Source: Mobula hypostoma
Lineage: Eukaryota
Reading direction: 5' to 3'
Length of the DNA stretch: 64,000 nucleotides
Assembly (NCBI RefSeq): GCF_963921235.1
Contig: NC_086097.1
Span: 98,520,001-98,584,000 of the forward strand
Position numbers and translations under genes: made by a program
Notes under the pieces: generated by a model
Told to the model about the DNA's origin: nothing
Seen by the model: only the letters and a program-made list of their open reading frames with translations
Databases searched by the model: none
In this document: positions 24,963 to 38,739 of the stretch, piece after piece
How positions within the stretch are numbered: the first letter of the stretch is position 1
How the letters are laid out: the number at the start of each line of letters is the position of its first letter

Positions 24963-26281
24963 CACCCTATCCTCGTTATATGCGGGGGATACATCCCTCG
25001 CAATCGACGCATAATGTGAATAATTATTCAAATGGAGAAAATAGGGATGCGTTCCAGAGGGCTTCCTAAATATGTTTTATCTGTAATTTATTCACATTTT
25101 CATACCAATATGCCACAAAAGCAGTACCACAAGACAACATTTGTATTATATTTCATCAACTTAAGGTTATATTCATTGTAATAAATCATAGAAAGTTAAC
25201 ATCCTAGGGTGTACAGTACTCACCAACAGTGGCAGGTATGTTTGCTCCGGGAGATGAGTGGTTGTTGTGGTGTCGGGCAGCTTTACATGGATAAGGTGGA
25301 TGGTTACTGTCGTCAGGATCATATCAAGCACAGCAAGGGGTGAAGAAAGGCTTAGAACTGCCGGCAGCAGGAGATGACACCGATTTGAAGAACGTGGTGA
25401 GGGTTGTTTGCTTGGCAGCATTTTGTTTTTCAGCATAAATTTGCTTGTGGGGAAGAAGGGTGGCGGCAGGGAACGACTGAAATGCTGACTCCATTCTAAA
25501 TTTGGGTCCATGTCCATTGCCATTTGTCCCAAGTGTTCTGACTTCCACCATTCCCTTACCGTTGATAAACTCCCGGGATTTTCAAAATTGTCTGTTGCTT
25601 GCAGCATCTGAGAAATAGTTCGCCGTTTAAAAAAACAAGACGTACACCTTGAATGTGGATCACACCTTGGTCGATGGTTGAATTAGCGATGTTGTGTTAG
25701 GCGGCAGGAAACGCACTGTTATGTTAGGATGAATGCTGTCCAAATGTTTAGGATGGGCTGGCGCATTGTCAAGCAACAAAAGAACTTTAAGGGCGAGACT
25801 CTGTTCCTGGCAGTAGTGTCTCAGAGCTGTGTTACCTTCAGTAGATGCCGCGCTGTTTATAACTTTTTTTCATGTGTTAAAGCGGTTCTCTGCTGCTCGG
25901 CTGATGGCCCAGGACTTGACATCGGATGCTTAGGAGGCATAGTTAAATATTTCAAGCACAAAATCACTGCACCGTAGGTAAAACCAACAAAAGTTTAAGA
26001 GCGCAAGATCACACATCCACACCTTGCCAAAGCCAATGCGAGACTGGTGGGAGTGAGATTGTGAGGCGCGCACACCTGACTTGTATTGGCGGGAAAGCGG
26101 TGCTTCTCATCCCAACAGTGAGCCTGTGAGGTGTAGGCACGTGACTTGTATTGGCAGGAAAGCTGTGCTTCCCGCATAACTCTGAGTTTTGGACGCATAT
26201 AAGGAGATATTGGTAGAAATAGGTTCCTCGCATAACTGTGAATCCACATTGACTGAAGACACATATAATGAGGATAGGGTG
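24963..26281 (-). mobile_element. Tigger/pogo-type DNA transposon, internally deleted
   Basis: TIRs CACCCTATCCTCGTTATATG / CATATAATGAGGATAGGGTG, TA duplication; homologous to 33346-34895. Confidence 0.88.
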
Positions 26282-26959
26282 TATAACATCTTTAACATAA
26301 TAAAGCTCTGGAAGTACCTCACAGGAGACCTTTTTTCATGACATTAATGGCATTCTTCTCCCTGAATTATTTGTAAGGATTTGTTTAAACCCGACTCAAT
26401 GACTTGAGTCTGACCCTGCAACTGAGATGGTACTGTATGCAGATACTTGAAAGAAGCCCCTCACCAAATATTGCCCAGGTTCTTTAATATCACCCCTTTG
26501 TAAAAGATCCCCTGATGCTTTTGAAGAAGTAAATTACTGTTCAAAAAGCTTGCTGTGCACACCTTTAAAAATCTTTAGTTGCATAATCACTTTAACGATG
26601 TCCAAGGTCATGAAAGTCATTATATTAAAAAGTAGTTATTTACAGAGGCCTAATAGAGGCTCAAACCTTGAAGAGAAAAAATGAGTTTGAAACAATGCCT
26701 TTGAGGTAAAGAGATGCAATATTTCGGGAGGGCATTACTATATGTGTGCCTGTATATAAACAAAGGAAGAGATGAATCAATAAAAGTTTGGAAAAGACGC
26801 AAGACCTGAATGCAAGAAATGGAGTGAATGCATTTAACTGGTTAGTTAAATTAATAGATTGTGCTTCTTTTTAAAAAACTACATGTTTTATTCTTCCAAT
26901 ATACATAATCGCTGATGCAACAATACCTGAAGAAATTTAGTATTTACCTTTCCTGCTTT

Positions 26960-27283
26960 TGAGTCTTGACGAAGAGTCTAGGCCCAAAACATCGACTGTA
27001 CTTCTTCCTATAGATGCTGCCTGGCCTGCTGCGTTCCACCAGCATTTTGTGTGTTTCCTGCTTTCCAGCTTGATTAGTGGGAGATGATCTGAAGTTTATG
27101 ATTGATAATGTACAGATTAAAAGGATGGGAATGTTCCTTGTTAAATTCTCATAAACAATGAGATGTTTCGGCCTGAAACGTCGACTGCGCCTCTTCCTAT
27201 AGATGCTGCCTGGCCTGCTGCGTTCACCAGCAACTTTGATGTATGTTGCTTGAATTTCCAGCATCTGCAGAATTCCTGTTCTT
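26960..27283 (+). mobile_element. Two tandem Penelope terminal-repeat remnants with hammerhead halves
   Basis: Both contain gatgctgcctggcctgctgcgttc(c)accagca, the reverse complement of the 13041/54377 termini. Confidence 0.75.
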
Positions 27284-29139
27284 TGTAGATGTTTTGTTTG
27301 TTGTAGAGAAGTAAAGCACAGAAACAGGTCCTTTGGCCCATCTAGTCCATGCTTAAGCCATTTAAACTGCCTACTCCCACTGACCTGCACCGGGAGCATA
27401 GTCCTCCGTGTTCCTGCTATCCATATATCTATCCAAACTTCACTTAAGCAATGAAATTGAGCTTGCATGCACCACTTGTGCTGGCAGCTTGATCCACACT
27501 CTCACGACCCTCTGAGTGATGAAGTTTCCCCTCATGTTCCCCTTACACTTCTCACATTTCACCCTTAAACCATGTGTGGTTTAATTCAAACCAATCATGT
27601 TCCCCGGCACTTTATTTCTCCATAGACAAAACTACACTGAGGTGATGCAGGGATAAAATGTGGCTGCAGAAGCACAGGGGACAGTATCTGCTGCTTGTTT
27701 GTTTGCTTTGCAGGAAAAGGAGGAAAGCTGTGCACGGCACATTATTGGATTCACTTCCCCTTTTCAGGGAACAAGTCATTTTACCTGGGGAATCCTACAT
27801 TACCTGTGAGAGTTCCTATTGTATGTATTTGTGAATGCTCTCAGGCCATATGATGAACGGGTCTCATGCCAATGCTTTGCAGGGAGAATTTCTATTTTGT
27901 GATTTGGCATAGATTCATTGCTCCCTTTAATTTTCTGCCCTGCTAGTTGGACAGAAGGGAGCTCAATCTCAGTCTACATGAATCATGGGGTAGTTGTTTG
28001 TTTGTAAAGATGAAAAAAAAGCTGAGTGAGGTTTGTATGTTTATCCATTTTATCTTAAAAGTATTGTTTTTGTTAATTGCATTTTTTGTAACAAATGCAA
28101 TTGCGGTTTTCAGGTTAGACAATCATTATAGCTCACAGCATCTGTGAAAGGGCTTTTCTGTCAGTCACTTGCCCGTTGTGATGCCAAGAGCAGTTGCATT
28201 GGTAAGTCACAAAATTTTGAACAGGAATTTAATTAAGCTGGAGGTGTTACTAAGTAACACATTAGGGGGTGGGAGATCTCTTTATTCTTCACTTACCCTA
28301 CTGGTGTTTTTGGAGTCATAGCTCTTCAGTAATTCTATCGTCATTTTTGAGGTGAAAGCATTTTACTTCTCACAAGCAGCACATGAAGTTCAGTCTTGAC
28401 TATGAAAATAAACAGGAGATTGGGAGTTGACTGTGTTATAGGAACTTCTGCCAGTGGAAAGCATCCTATTGCTGTGCTTAGCTGAGTTGCTTCAGATTGC
28501 TTCAGGGTCACAAAGTAGTTGACCTTTAGGCTGCCAATATTTCTGGAGATCCGCCATCCCATTCTCTTGGCTTGTTTTCATCTCAAGTATGTTGTAAAAA
28601 ACGTAGGTTAACAATAAAACCTGCACATTTGAAGGCTTCCTTGGTACTCTTATTTGTTCATGGGACCTGGGTTTTGCTGGTAACGATGTTGCTTAATACG
28701 TACCATTCTTAAATGGCCCTGAACTGTAGAGGCGTTTTGAGTTTCAAATTGGTTAAAGATAGGTTTCCTTCATTGATGGACATTGATGAACCAGGTGCTT
28801 GTGTAAAAGTCCAGTAACTTTATACTTACATTTACTAAGAGTAGCCTTTTTTAATTTACAGTATTTTTTAAAATCTTGATCATTTAAATTTTTAAATTCC
28901 AAACTGCTAGGAGGTGATTCAGATGTCTCTGGATCAGTGGTACAGCGCTCCAGTTCCAGTCATTATTATCTCCATAAATCTTAACTTTCTCCATATATCT
29001 CCATAAAACCCCAAGCCATCCTGTCCCTGTACCATACCTGGTTTAAAGTCCTACAACACTCTCCCTAACAACAACATAGCCACATCCCAGAAGACAGCGC
29101 GCCACTACTTTCTCAAGGGCTATTGGGGGTAGGCAATTA

Positions 29140-29779
29140 CAGTGGCATGCAAAAGTTTGGGCACCCCGGTCAAAATTTCTGTTACTGTGAATAGCTAAGC
29201 AAGTAAAAGATGAACTGATTTCCAAAAGGCATAAAGTTAAAGATGACACATTTCTTTAATATTTTAAGCAAGAAAACTTCTTTATTTCCATCTTTTACAG
29301 TTTCAAAATAACAAAAAAAGAAAAGGGCCCAAAGCAAAAGTTTGGGCACCCTGCATGCAGTACTTAGTAACACCCCCTTGGCAAGTATTACAGCTTGTAA
29401 ACGCTTTTTGTCGCCAGCTGGGAGTCTTTCAATTCTTGTTTGGGGGATTTTCGCCTATTCTTCCTTGCAAAAGGCTTCTAGTTCTGTGAGATTCCTGGGC
29501 CGTCTTGCATGCACTGCTCTTTTGAAGTCTATCCACAGATTCCTGATGATGTTTAGGTCAGGGGACTGTGAGGGCCATGGCAAAACCTTCAGCTTGTGCC
29601 TCTTGAGGTAGTCCATTGTGACTGTAAAAGATGGAAATAAAGTTTCTTGCTTAAAATATTAAAGAAATGTGTCATCTTTAACTTTATGCCTTTTGGAAAT
29701 CAGTTCATCTTTTACTCGCTTAGTTAATCACAGTAACAGAAATTTTGACCAGGGGTGCCAAAACTTTTGCATGCCACTG
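29140..29779 (-). mobile_element. Tc1-family IR/DR transposon deletion derivative
   Basis: TA-CAGTGGCATGCAAAAGTTT...AAACTTTTGCATGCCACTG-TA; inner repeat gcaaaagtttgggcaccc at 29334-29351; minus-strand transposase end KVLPWPSQSPDLN...AKGGVTKY. Confidence 0.92.
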
Positions 29780-30067
29780 TATATGCTTGGTCAGCCTGTG
29801 AAATTCACTTCCTAGAATATTTTTTAAAAAAAATAGAATTTCCAATACAAGTTTAGGTCACATTTAACCTATGGCATTATTTTAGTTGCAGCTCATCTCT
29901 TGTTGAAAAGTAGTGAATTTAAATCTCAACACAAAGGTATGCACAATGTCAAGGCTGAAGTATCTGCTGGATGAATGCTGCATCAGAGGTGATATTTGGT
30001 ATTGAGGACCCATTTGTTAATTCAGGTTGATAAAGCCATGCTTGTGGTGAGCCTAGTAACCTTTTTG

Positions 30068-30144
30068 CAGGGGTTCCCAATCTGGAGTCCACGGACCCCT
30101 TGCTTAATGGTATTGGTCCATGGCATAAAGGTTGGAAACCCCTA
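30068..30144. mobile_element. Tiny hAT (Charlie-like) MITE
   Basis: CAGGGGTTCCCAA...TTGGAAACCCCT; related to 44222-44294. Confidence 0.6.
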
Positions 30145-32064
30145 CTAGACGCATGTTCAGGAAAGTAGAGTTCAAATCACACTGCAACAAATTAAGTAAA
30201 TATGGAATTCTGAAATAAAAAGAGCTTGTAAACCTCATTAAGCATAATTGGTGACAAATATTGGCCTTGTGGTGATGTCAATTTTCCACTCAAGAATAAG
30301 AGCTTACAAAAGATCACAGGGTGCTATTTTGAACAGCAAATCCCATTTGAAACTCAGTAATGCTCAAACATAATCTGATCATTATCAGATTTTTGTTTGT
30401 GATGTTTTTCTGTGCACAGTGTCCACTGTGTTTTCTACTTTATTCAGTAATGACACCAAGTATTTTGTTGGCTGCAAAGCATTTGGGCCTCCATAGCATT
30501 TTGAAAGGCACCAAGTATGCATATCTTTTTCTTCACTTTATGGATATAATGTTACACTACCCCATTTACACTATTTTCAATCAAATGCTTTAGTTTTGTT
30601 AATTTCCTTCTCAACATTGATCCACAATTTCCAACTATTCTCTGCAGTAAAACGGATTTCACTGTTTCCAGCCCGTCACCCTCCTTCACCTCCCAAGCTT
30701 CACTGACCTATCTAGTACATTTCTGTGACGAGCACAGATTTGGAAAGAATGCTGTTCCTTTCCTGATGCTGAGCTTGGTGGATAGTTCCAGCTTGTTGAA
30801 AGATGAGAATTGGGGAAAATCATGGGTCAGTTCGCACTGAAGTGGAGAACAACAGATGTGGCTAATGTGTCATCAAACATGAGGCTCCAAATCAAGCTAG
30901 AGCGTGGTGAATCTGTGGAGCTAATTGAGTTCATGTAAAGAAGAGCTTCATGGGTTCTTGATTAGTAAGAGTGTTAGTTAGGTAATGGCGAGAAGCCAGG
31001 AGAATGGAGTTGAAAGAATAATGGATCAGTTGTGATTGTGGCAGAGCAGATTTGGTGGTCCTAAAGGCCTAAATCTGCTGTAATGTCTTATCATCTCATG
31101 ATCAGATACTAATACATCTGAGCATCCTGTAACAACCAACATTCTCTCCATCAAGTCCACAGCAGAGCACTAATGTGAAGAGTTGAGCTTGATGCATTTA
31201 GCATCAGAACTGCTAGGGCTGACCCTTTAAATTAGCCCAAGTATTTACTTGCTGGTAGTAAAGAGTTTTTGATTAAACATACTTATTTTTAATTAAACCT
31301 GTTTGAAGTTTACAAATGCAATTTTTCAAAGGTTATAGCATTCTGGAAGTTGGAACTTGCTTCCAATACCTGCTGGCTGTGCAGAGGTCATTTTGTTGCA
31401 GGATGCATTTCAGCCCTTTTGTGCTAAGTGTTGGCCTGTTGTACCTTCAGTAATAAGGAAGGTTGGTAAGTTTAACCAGCAACAGCCTGTACCCAGCCAT
31501 GATACATGAAGGTTAATTCTATAGCACTTGCGTTCTGTGTAGTCCAGCAGGTAGATTTTTTTTATGGTTGCATGCTTGTGCATCTCAGAAGAAACCCACT
31601 CAGAATTTAGGTGTTGTAAGCATACAGCCAATTCTCCAGTGGCTGCTCTTTAAGTGTTGTGCATGACTTATAATCTACAACCCAGTTCTCTTAACTATTT
31701 AAGCGTTTAGACTCTTGCTTGGTTTAGTGTGCATCTGTGATTCCATTCTGCCACTTCGTTTAGTCTGTATCTATTACTAGAAATTGAATTACTAATCTAG
31801 CAACATTCATCTTGATTGTCATTATTTCTAGACATAAGCAATTAATGCCATGACTTTTTACATTTAATTGATTTGAACTTGCTGTGTGCTTATAGATAAC
31901 TTCATGTTGGTTGCACCACTATTACTGTTGATGGTATTTCATTATGACATTGTACAGCTGTCAATGTATTTTCGGAGCTTCCCATTATCAGTGTGCCTGC
32001 TAACTGTCACAAGTTTGGAAATTTGTTTACTCTTTACTAATTCCCATTCTTCTTGTTTTTCCAG

Positions 32065-32159
32065 GAGTACATGGTTTTCAGGCAACATACTTACATGAGA
32101 CTGGATGGTTCTTCAAAAATCTCTGAGAGGCGGGATATGGTGGCAGACTTCCAGAGCAG
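32065..32159 (+). CDS. INO80: INO80 coding exon
   Basis: ttccag|GAG acceptor, AG|gtttgt donor; EYMVFRQHTYMRLDGSSKISERRDMVADFQS(R), in phase with the previous exon. Confidence 0.96.
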
Positions 32160-33345
32160 GTTTGTGATTTGTACCCCACAATGTGCTGCTCATCTGTGAG
32201 AAACTGAGCATGATTCATTAGAATGCAATATTTTCTACCCTTTTTTGTTTCATTTTCACATTTAAAGGTATTGCCATGATCTTGTCTTGCTGTTCTTTAT
32301 GGGATCTTCTTGCAGGATGTGCCCTCTGTTTTTAATCAATTCTGCATGAGATCTTGTTGTTGACCAGACCAGGAAAAGGTCAGAAAGCTGCTTGTTGTTG
32401 AACACTAAGCTAGGTGGCTGTTATTTAATCTGCTATAGTACCATGTAGAGAGGTTTGTCTGAGTAGTTGGTTTGTTGTTTTTTTTAGCACAGTTCTTTTA
32501 GGGTTAATTCATCAAATCCACAACCCACCTGAATTAGAATCAGATATGTTTTAAGAGGCACTGAGACACTTGAATAGGCAAGACATAAAAGGATGCAGAC
32601 CTAGTCAAGCACATAAGGTTAGTATAGAAAGGCAAAGCAGCATGGATATGGTGGACCGAAGGGCCGCCTTCTGTGATGTACAACTCTGGCATCTGAATTA
32701 GGCAAGTCCTCCATTCAGCTGTGTATCTTTTGGCTGAATATAGCTGGACCACCTATCTCGGCTGCCTTCAGTCAAGGCTAGTATTGCACATTCCAATCTC
32801 CAGTGGGCAATCTTCCATAAACAAATTATTAGCCAATCTGTTTCCAACCTAATATAGTCAGACTGCGTAGAGGCAGGCACATCTCATCCATGCCAATGAG
32901 TTGCCCAGCCTGCTAGTCCCATCACCCTGCATTTGAACCCTAGCTCTCTAAACCCCTCCTATCCATATACTTATCTAGATGGCTTTTAAATACTGCTAAT
33001 ATGCCCCCTCAGTCACTATTTCTGGCAGCTCATTCCAAATATGCATCACTCTTTGTGTGAAGAAGCTTTTAAATTTCTCACTTCTGGTGTCAAGACAATG
33101 CTGTCACCCTGTCATTGCCCCTCATAATCTTGTATACCTCCATCAGGCCACCCATTAATCTCCTACATTCCAGGGAATCGAGTCCTAGCCTACACAACCT
33201 AGTGCAGGAAAGATCCTGGTATATCTTTTCTTCGCTGTCTAACTTAATAACAAAATTCTTGTAACAAGGTGATTAAAAACTGTACACAGTATTCCAAGTG
33301 AACCTTACCAACATTTTGTGTAATTACAACTTCCCAATTCCTATA

Positions 33346-34895
33346 CACCCTATCCTCATTATATGCGGGCGATACATTCCTTGAAGTTGACGCATAATGT
33401 GAATAATTATTTAAATGGAGAAAATAGGGATGCATTCTGGAGGGCTTCCTAAATATGTTTTATCTGTAATTTATTCACATTTTCATACCAATACGACACA
33501 AAAGCAGTACCATAAGGCAACATTCATATTATATTTCATCAATTTAAGGTAATATTCATTGTAATAAATCATAGAAAGTTAATATCCTAGGGTGTACAGT
33601 ACTCACCAACAGTGGCAGGTGTGTTCGCTCCGGGAGATGAGTAGTGGTTGTGGTGTCGGGCAGCTTTACATGGATGAGATGGATGGTTGAGTATCGTCAA
33701 CATCATCAAGGACAGCAAGAGGTGAAGGAATACTCACAGAACTCTCAGAACTGCCGGCAGCAGGAGATGACATCGGTTTGAAGAAAGTGGTGAGGGTTGT
33801 TTGCTTGGCAACATTTTGTTTTTCAGCATAAATTTGCTTGTAGGGAAGAAGGCTTGACTGCAGGGAATGACTGAAACGCTGACTCCGTTCTAAACTTGGG
33901 TCCATGTCCATCGCCATTTGTGCCAAGTGTTCTGCAGCCTTAAAAAATTCTGCCAGTTGCTTCACTGTAAAATCCTCCACCTGCAACTCGACACTTTCTT
34001 CTTCATCGTTGTTATCACCTTCAGTCTGAGTTAAACGCAGAAGGTCATCCACACTTCATTCTTCATCATGAGAATCCAGGAGTTCTACCACGTCAGCAGT
34101 CTCGAGATCTGAGAATCCTTCCCAACCAATTTTACGGCCCAGGTCCATGCAATCCTGGACAGCTGCAGTGAAGGCAGGAAACCCCTTGAGGGTGTGCACA
34201 CACTCTGCCCAAATTGATTTCCGTGCTCCATTGAGAGGCTTCTTACTCAAACCCTTAAGAGCACGGAGGTTTAGTGAATGGTAAACTAAGAGAGGCTCCA
34301 TCTTACAGTCTCCTTCGGCATTGGAATACATAAGCAAAGTCAATCTGTCCTTTGCTGCATTGAAACCTGACGCAGTTTTTTCATCCTTACTTATATAAAT
34401 GCATTTCTGCATATGCTTCCAAAAAAGTCTGGTCTCATCTGCATTAAACACCTGCTTTGGTGTGATGCCTAACTCAGCTACCATTGCCTGCAACTGCACA
34501 GGGTAGCGTCCCAGAGCTGTGTTACCTTCACCAGATGCCCTGTTTATAATTTCCAACTTTTTTTCAAGTGTTAAAGCAATTCTCTGCCACTTGGCTGATG
34601 GCCCAGGACATGATATCGGATGCTTAGGAGACATAGTTAAATATTTCAAGCACAAAATCACTGCACCGTAGGTAAAAACAACAAAAGTTTAAGAGCGCAA
34701 GATCGCACATCCATATGTTGCCAAAAGCAATGGGAGACTGGTGGGAGTGAGACTGTGAGGTACACGCACATAACTTGTACTGGCGGAAAAGCTGTGCTCC
34801 TTTTGGATGCATATAAGGAGAAGCTGGTAGAAATAGGTTCCTAGCATAACGGTGAATCCGCATCATCTGAAGATGCATATAACGAGGATAGGGTG
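33346..34895 (-). mobile_element. Tigger/pogo-type DNA transposon with deleted transposase
   Basis: CACCCTATCCTC TIRs with TA TSD; ORF 34056-34661 RIALTLEKKLEII (HTH) joined to QVFNADETRLFWK (DDE); inserted in a CR1. Confidence 0.92.
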
Positions 34896-34989
34896 TACTT
34901 AATGCTTCAACCTATGAAGGACTGCATGCTCTGCTCATGGTGATACCAAAATAATCCTTAATATCAGACAGAGGAACCGCGCCAACACT

Positions 34990-37265
34990 GAGCATACATA
35001 ACGTGAGGCATATACACTGTAATGTCAATGCATGCAGAGCATCGGGACCAGGCGGCGTACCCAGACTGCACTGACCAACTAATGGAAGTTCGGATGGGTA
35101 CTTGTATCCTCTTGCTGTCTCGGGCTATGGTTCCGACATGCTTCAAAGCAGCAACCGTAATACCAATCCCCAAGAAGTCAGCGGCAACATGTCTTCATGA
35201 CTATAGACAGGTGGCAATCACTCCCATAGTTGCCAAGTGCTTGGGAAGATTGGTCATGTCCCACATCAAAAACAAGATCCCAGCTACTTTGGATTAGCGC
35301 CAGTTTGCCTACAAGACGAATAGATCAACTGAAGAGTTATTTCTATCACCTTTCAGACTGCCTTGGAACACCTGGAACAAAAAGACGCCTACATCAGGAT
35401 GTTTTTCATTGATTACAGTTCAGCCTTTAACACCATACTACCGAGCAAGCTGACTGTCAAGCTCCACATCACATCAACCTGGTGATAGAACATAGAACAT
35501 AGAATAGTACAGCACAGTACAGGACCTTCGGCCCACAATGTTGTGCCGACCCTCAAACCCTGCCTCCCATATAAGCCCCCACCTTAAATTCCTCCATATA
35601 CCTGTCTAGTAGTCTCTTAAACTTCACTAGTGTATCTGCCTCCACCATTGACTCAGGCAGTGCATTCCACGCACCAACCACTCTCTGAGTGAAAAAAAAC
35701 CTTCCTCTAATATCCCCCTTGAACTTACACCCCTTACCTTGAAGCCATGTCAAGTATTGAGCAGTGGTGCACTGGGGAAGAGGCGCTGGCTATCCACTCT
35801 ATCTATTCCTCTCATTATCTTGTACACCTCTATCATGTCTCCTCTCCTCCTCCTTCTCTCCAAAGAGTAAAGCCCTAGCTCCCTTAATCTCTGATCATAA
35901 TGCATGCTTTCTAAACCAGGCAGCATCCTGGTAAATCTCCTCTGTACCCTTTCCAATGCTTCCACATCCTTCCTGTAGTGAGGTGACCAGAACTGGACAC
36001 AGTACTCCAGGTGTGGCCTAACCAGAGTTTTATAGAGCTGCATCATTACATTGCAACTCTTAAACTCTATCCCTCGACTTATGAAAGCTAACACCCCATA
36101 AGCTTTCTTAACTACCCTATCCACCTGTGAGGCAACTTTCAGGGATCTGTGGACATGTACCCCGAGATCCCTCTGCTGCTCCACACTACCAAGTATCCTG
36201 CCATTTCCTTTGTACTCTGCCTTGGAGTTTGTCCTTCCAAAGTGTACCACCTCACACTTTTCCGGGTTGAACTCTCATCTGCCACTTCTCAGTCCACTCC
36301 TGCATCCTATCAATGTCTCTCTGCAATCTTTGACAATTCTCTACACTATCTACAACACTACCAACCTTTGTGTCGTCTGCAAACTTGCCAACCCACCCTT
36401 CTACCCCCACATCCAGGTCGTTAATAAAAATGATGAAAAGTAGAGGTCCCAGAACAGATCCTTGTGGGACACCACTAGTCACAATCCTCCAATCTGAATG
36501 TACTCCCTCCACCACGACCCTCTGCCTTCTGCAGGCAAGCCAATTCTGAATCCACCTGGCCAAACTTCCCTGGATCCCATGCCTTCTAACTTTCTGAATA
36601 AGCCTGCTGTGATGTTATATAATGGTGAGGTAATGGAAAGGATCTCCAGTTTTGTTCTTGGAGATGAACATCAAGGAGCTCTCTTATTCTGTCAATACAA
36701 CCTCAATAGTAAGGAAGGCACAATAGTGACTGTACTACCTGAGGTGCTTAAGAAGAGCTAATCTGCCCCAAAAATTGCTGGCCAACTTGTATCGATGTGC
36801 AATAGAAAGCATACTAGCATACGGACTGACAGTGTGGCACTCCTAGGTGCAGCAAGACGGATCACAGAGCACTCCAACAGGTGATTAGGATGGCTCAGTG
36901 CATCATTGGGACTCAACCACTGGACCTAGAGTCAATCTACAACTCCCAATGCCTAAAGCGCACTTGTAACATTATTAAAGACCCATCCCATCCCGGACAC
37001 TGTTTGTTCAATCTCCTGCTTTCTGATAGGAAGTACAGAAACATCTTAGCCGAGACAGAAACACTGATAAACAGCTTCTTCCCAAGGGCTATTGTGCATC
37101 TGAATAATGCTGCACCCTGGCTTGCCAATGACCTTCGAGTGTGGTGAGCTATCAAAGTCACTTGTATGTAAATATGAGAATTTTTTAAATTACTGCATGC
37201 ATTGTAAATATCCGCTTGGCATTGACTGGAGTAACACCGCAATCTCATTGTCTTGAGCAATAAAC
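34990..37265 (+). mobile_element. Degenerate Rex1/Babar-like LINE split by a CR1
   Basis: ORF 35022-35297 VPTCFKAATVIPIPKK...DYRQVAITP; ORF 36881-37147 IIKDPSHPGHCLF...SFFPRAI. Confidence 0.75.
35486..36605 (-). mobile_element. Young CR1 LINE 3' fragment
   Basis: ORFs 36252-36563, 35750-36250, 35553-35753 with GVPQGSVLGP, KFADDTK, LVRPHLEYCVQFW; (ATAGAAC)n tail. Confidence 0.93.
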
Positions 37266-37574
37266 GAGCTGGGGCTTTTCTCTTTGATGATGAGAAATGA
37301 CTCAATAGAGGTGTACAAGATGATAAAAGGCACAGATCAAATGGGAAATTTTCCCAGGCTGGAAATAGTTAATAAAAGGGGGCATAGCTTTAATGTGATT
37401 GGAAGAAAACATGAGGAGATGTCAGAGGCAAGTTTGTTTTTTTTTACACAGAGCGAAAGGTGCGTGGACTGTGCTGCCAGGGTGGTGGTAAAGTCAGATA
37501 TATTAGGGACATTTAAGAGACTTCTACATTGGCACATAATTCTTTGCTGATCTAGATTGGCCTCAACTCTTCTG

Positions 37575-38306
37575 TCTTAGTTCTAATCAGCTAATTAAAT
37601 TTGCCAATGACACTATTGATTGGCCTAATCTCAAACAATAACGAGGTGGCCTACAGGGAAGAAGTCATCTCTCTGACACAGTGGTGTCAATTCACAAAAA
37701 CAATGGAGCTGGCTGTGGATTACAGAAGGAATGGAGACAGGCTAACCCCTATTGACATCAATGGATCTGGGGATGAGAGGGTAAACTGCTTTAAGTTCCT
37801 CTACATCCACATCCCCTTTCCACAGGGGCACAATTGAGAGCATCCTTACTGGCTGCATCACTGCCTGGTATGGGAACTGTACCTCCTTTAATCGCAGGAT
37901 TCTGCAGAGAGTGGTGCGGACAGCCCAGTACATCTGTAGTTGTGAACTTCCCATGATTCTGGACATTTACAAAGACAGGTGTGAGAAAAAGGCCCGAAGG
38001 ATCATTGGGGATTCGAGTCACCCCAACCACGATCTATTCTAGCTGCTATCATCCAGGAAATGGTGCCGCAGCATAAAAGCCAGGACCAACAGGCTCCGGG
38101 ACAGCTTCTTCCACCAGGCCATCAGACTGATTAACTCATGCTGCTTTGAGTGTATTTCTATGTTACATTGACTGTTCTATATATTATAAGTTACTATGAT
38201 TGCACATTGCACATTTAAATGGAGACGTAATGTGAAGATTTTTACTGTTCATGTATGTGAAGGATGTAAGAAATAAAGTCAATTCCATTCCATTCAATTC
38301 AATTCA
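37575..38306 (+). mobile_element. Rex1/Babar-like LINE 3' fragment
   Basis: AYREEV..LTQWC and IESILTGCITAWYGN; (ATTCA)n tail at 38280-38306. Confidence 0.8.
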
Positions 38307-38739
38307 GTTTTCCAAACCCCTTAATTCTTTGATTCAAATATTTCAATGTTGAAACAAGATTTATTTACACCCTGTGATTCATTTTCTTGCTGGCATTCAC
38401 AGTAAATACAAAGAAACACAATAGAAGCAATGTAAAAGCGCAAGACAGAAATGGACAAACAACCAATATGCAAAGAACAACAAACTGCAAATACAGAAAG
38501 AAATGAACAATTAAGTAAGCAAGCAAGCAATAAATATTGAGAACACATGTTATAAAGTCCTTAAAAGTGAGTCCATAGGTTGTGGAATCAGTTTTAATTA
38601 TTCCACCTTAAGTATATCTAATGATCTTGCCCCAGCTGCCCCCTCGGACAAAGATTTTCAGTGATTCAGTATCCTCTGAGAGAAGTCTGTACATAACCTC
38701 ACTTTTAAAACACTAGCCCCTTGTTTTGTAGCTACAATA

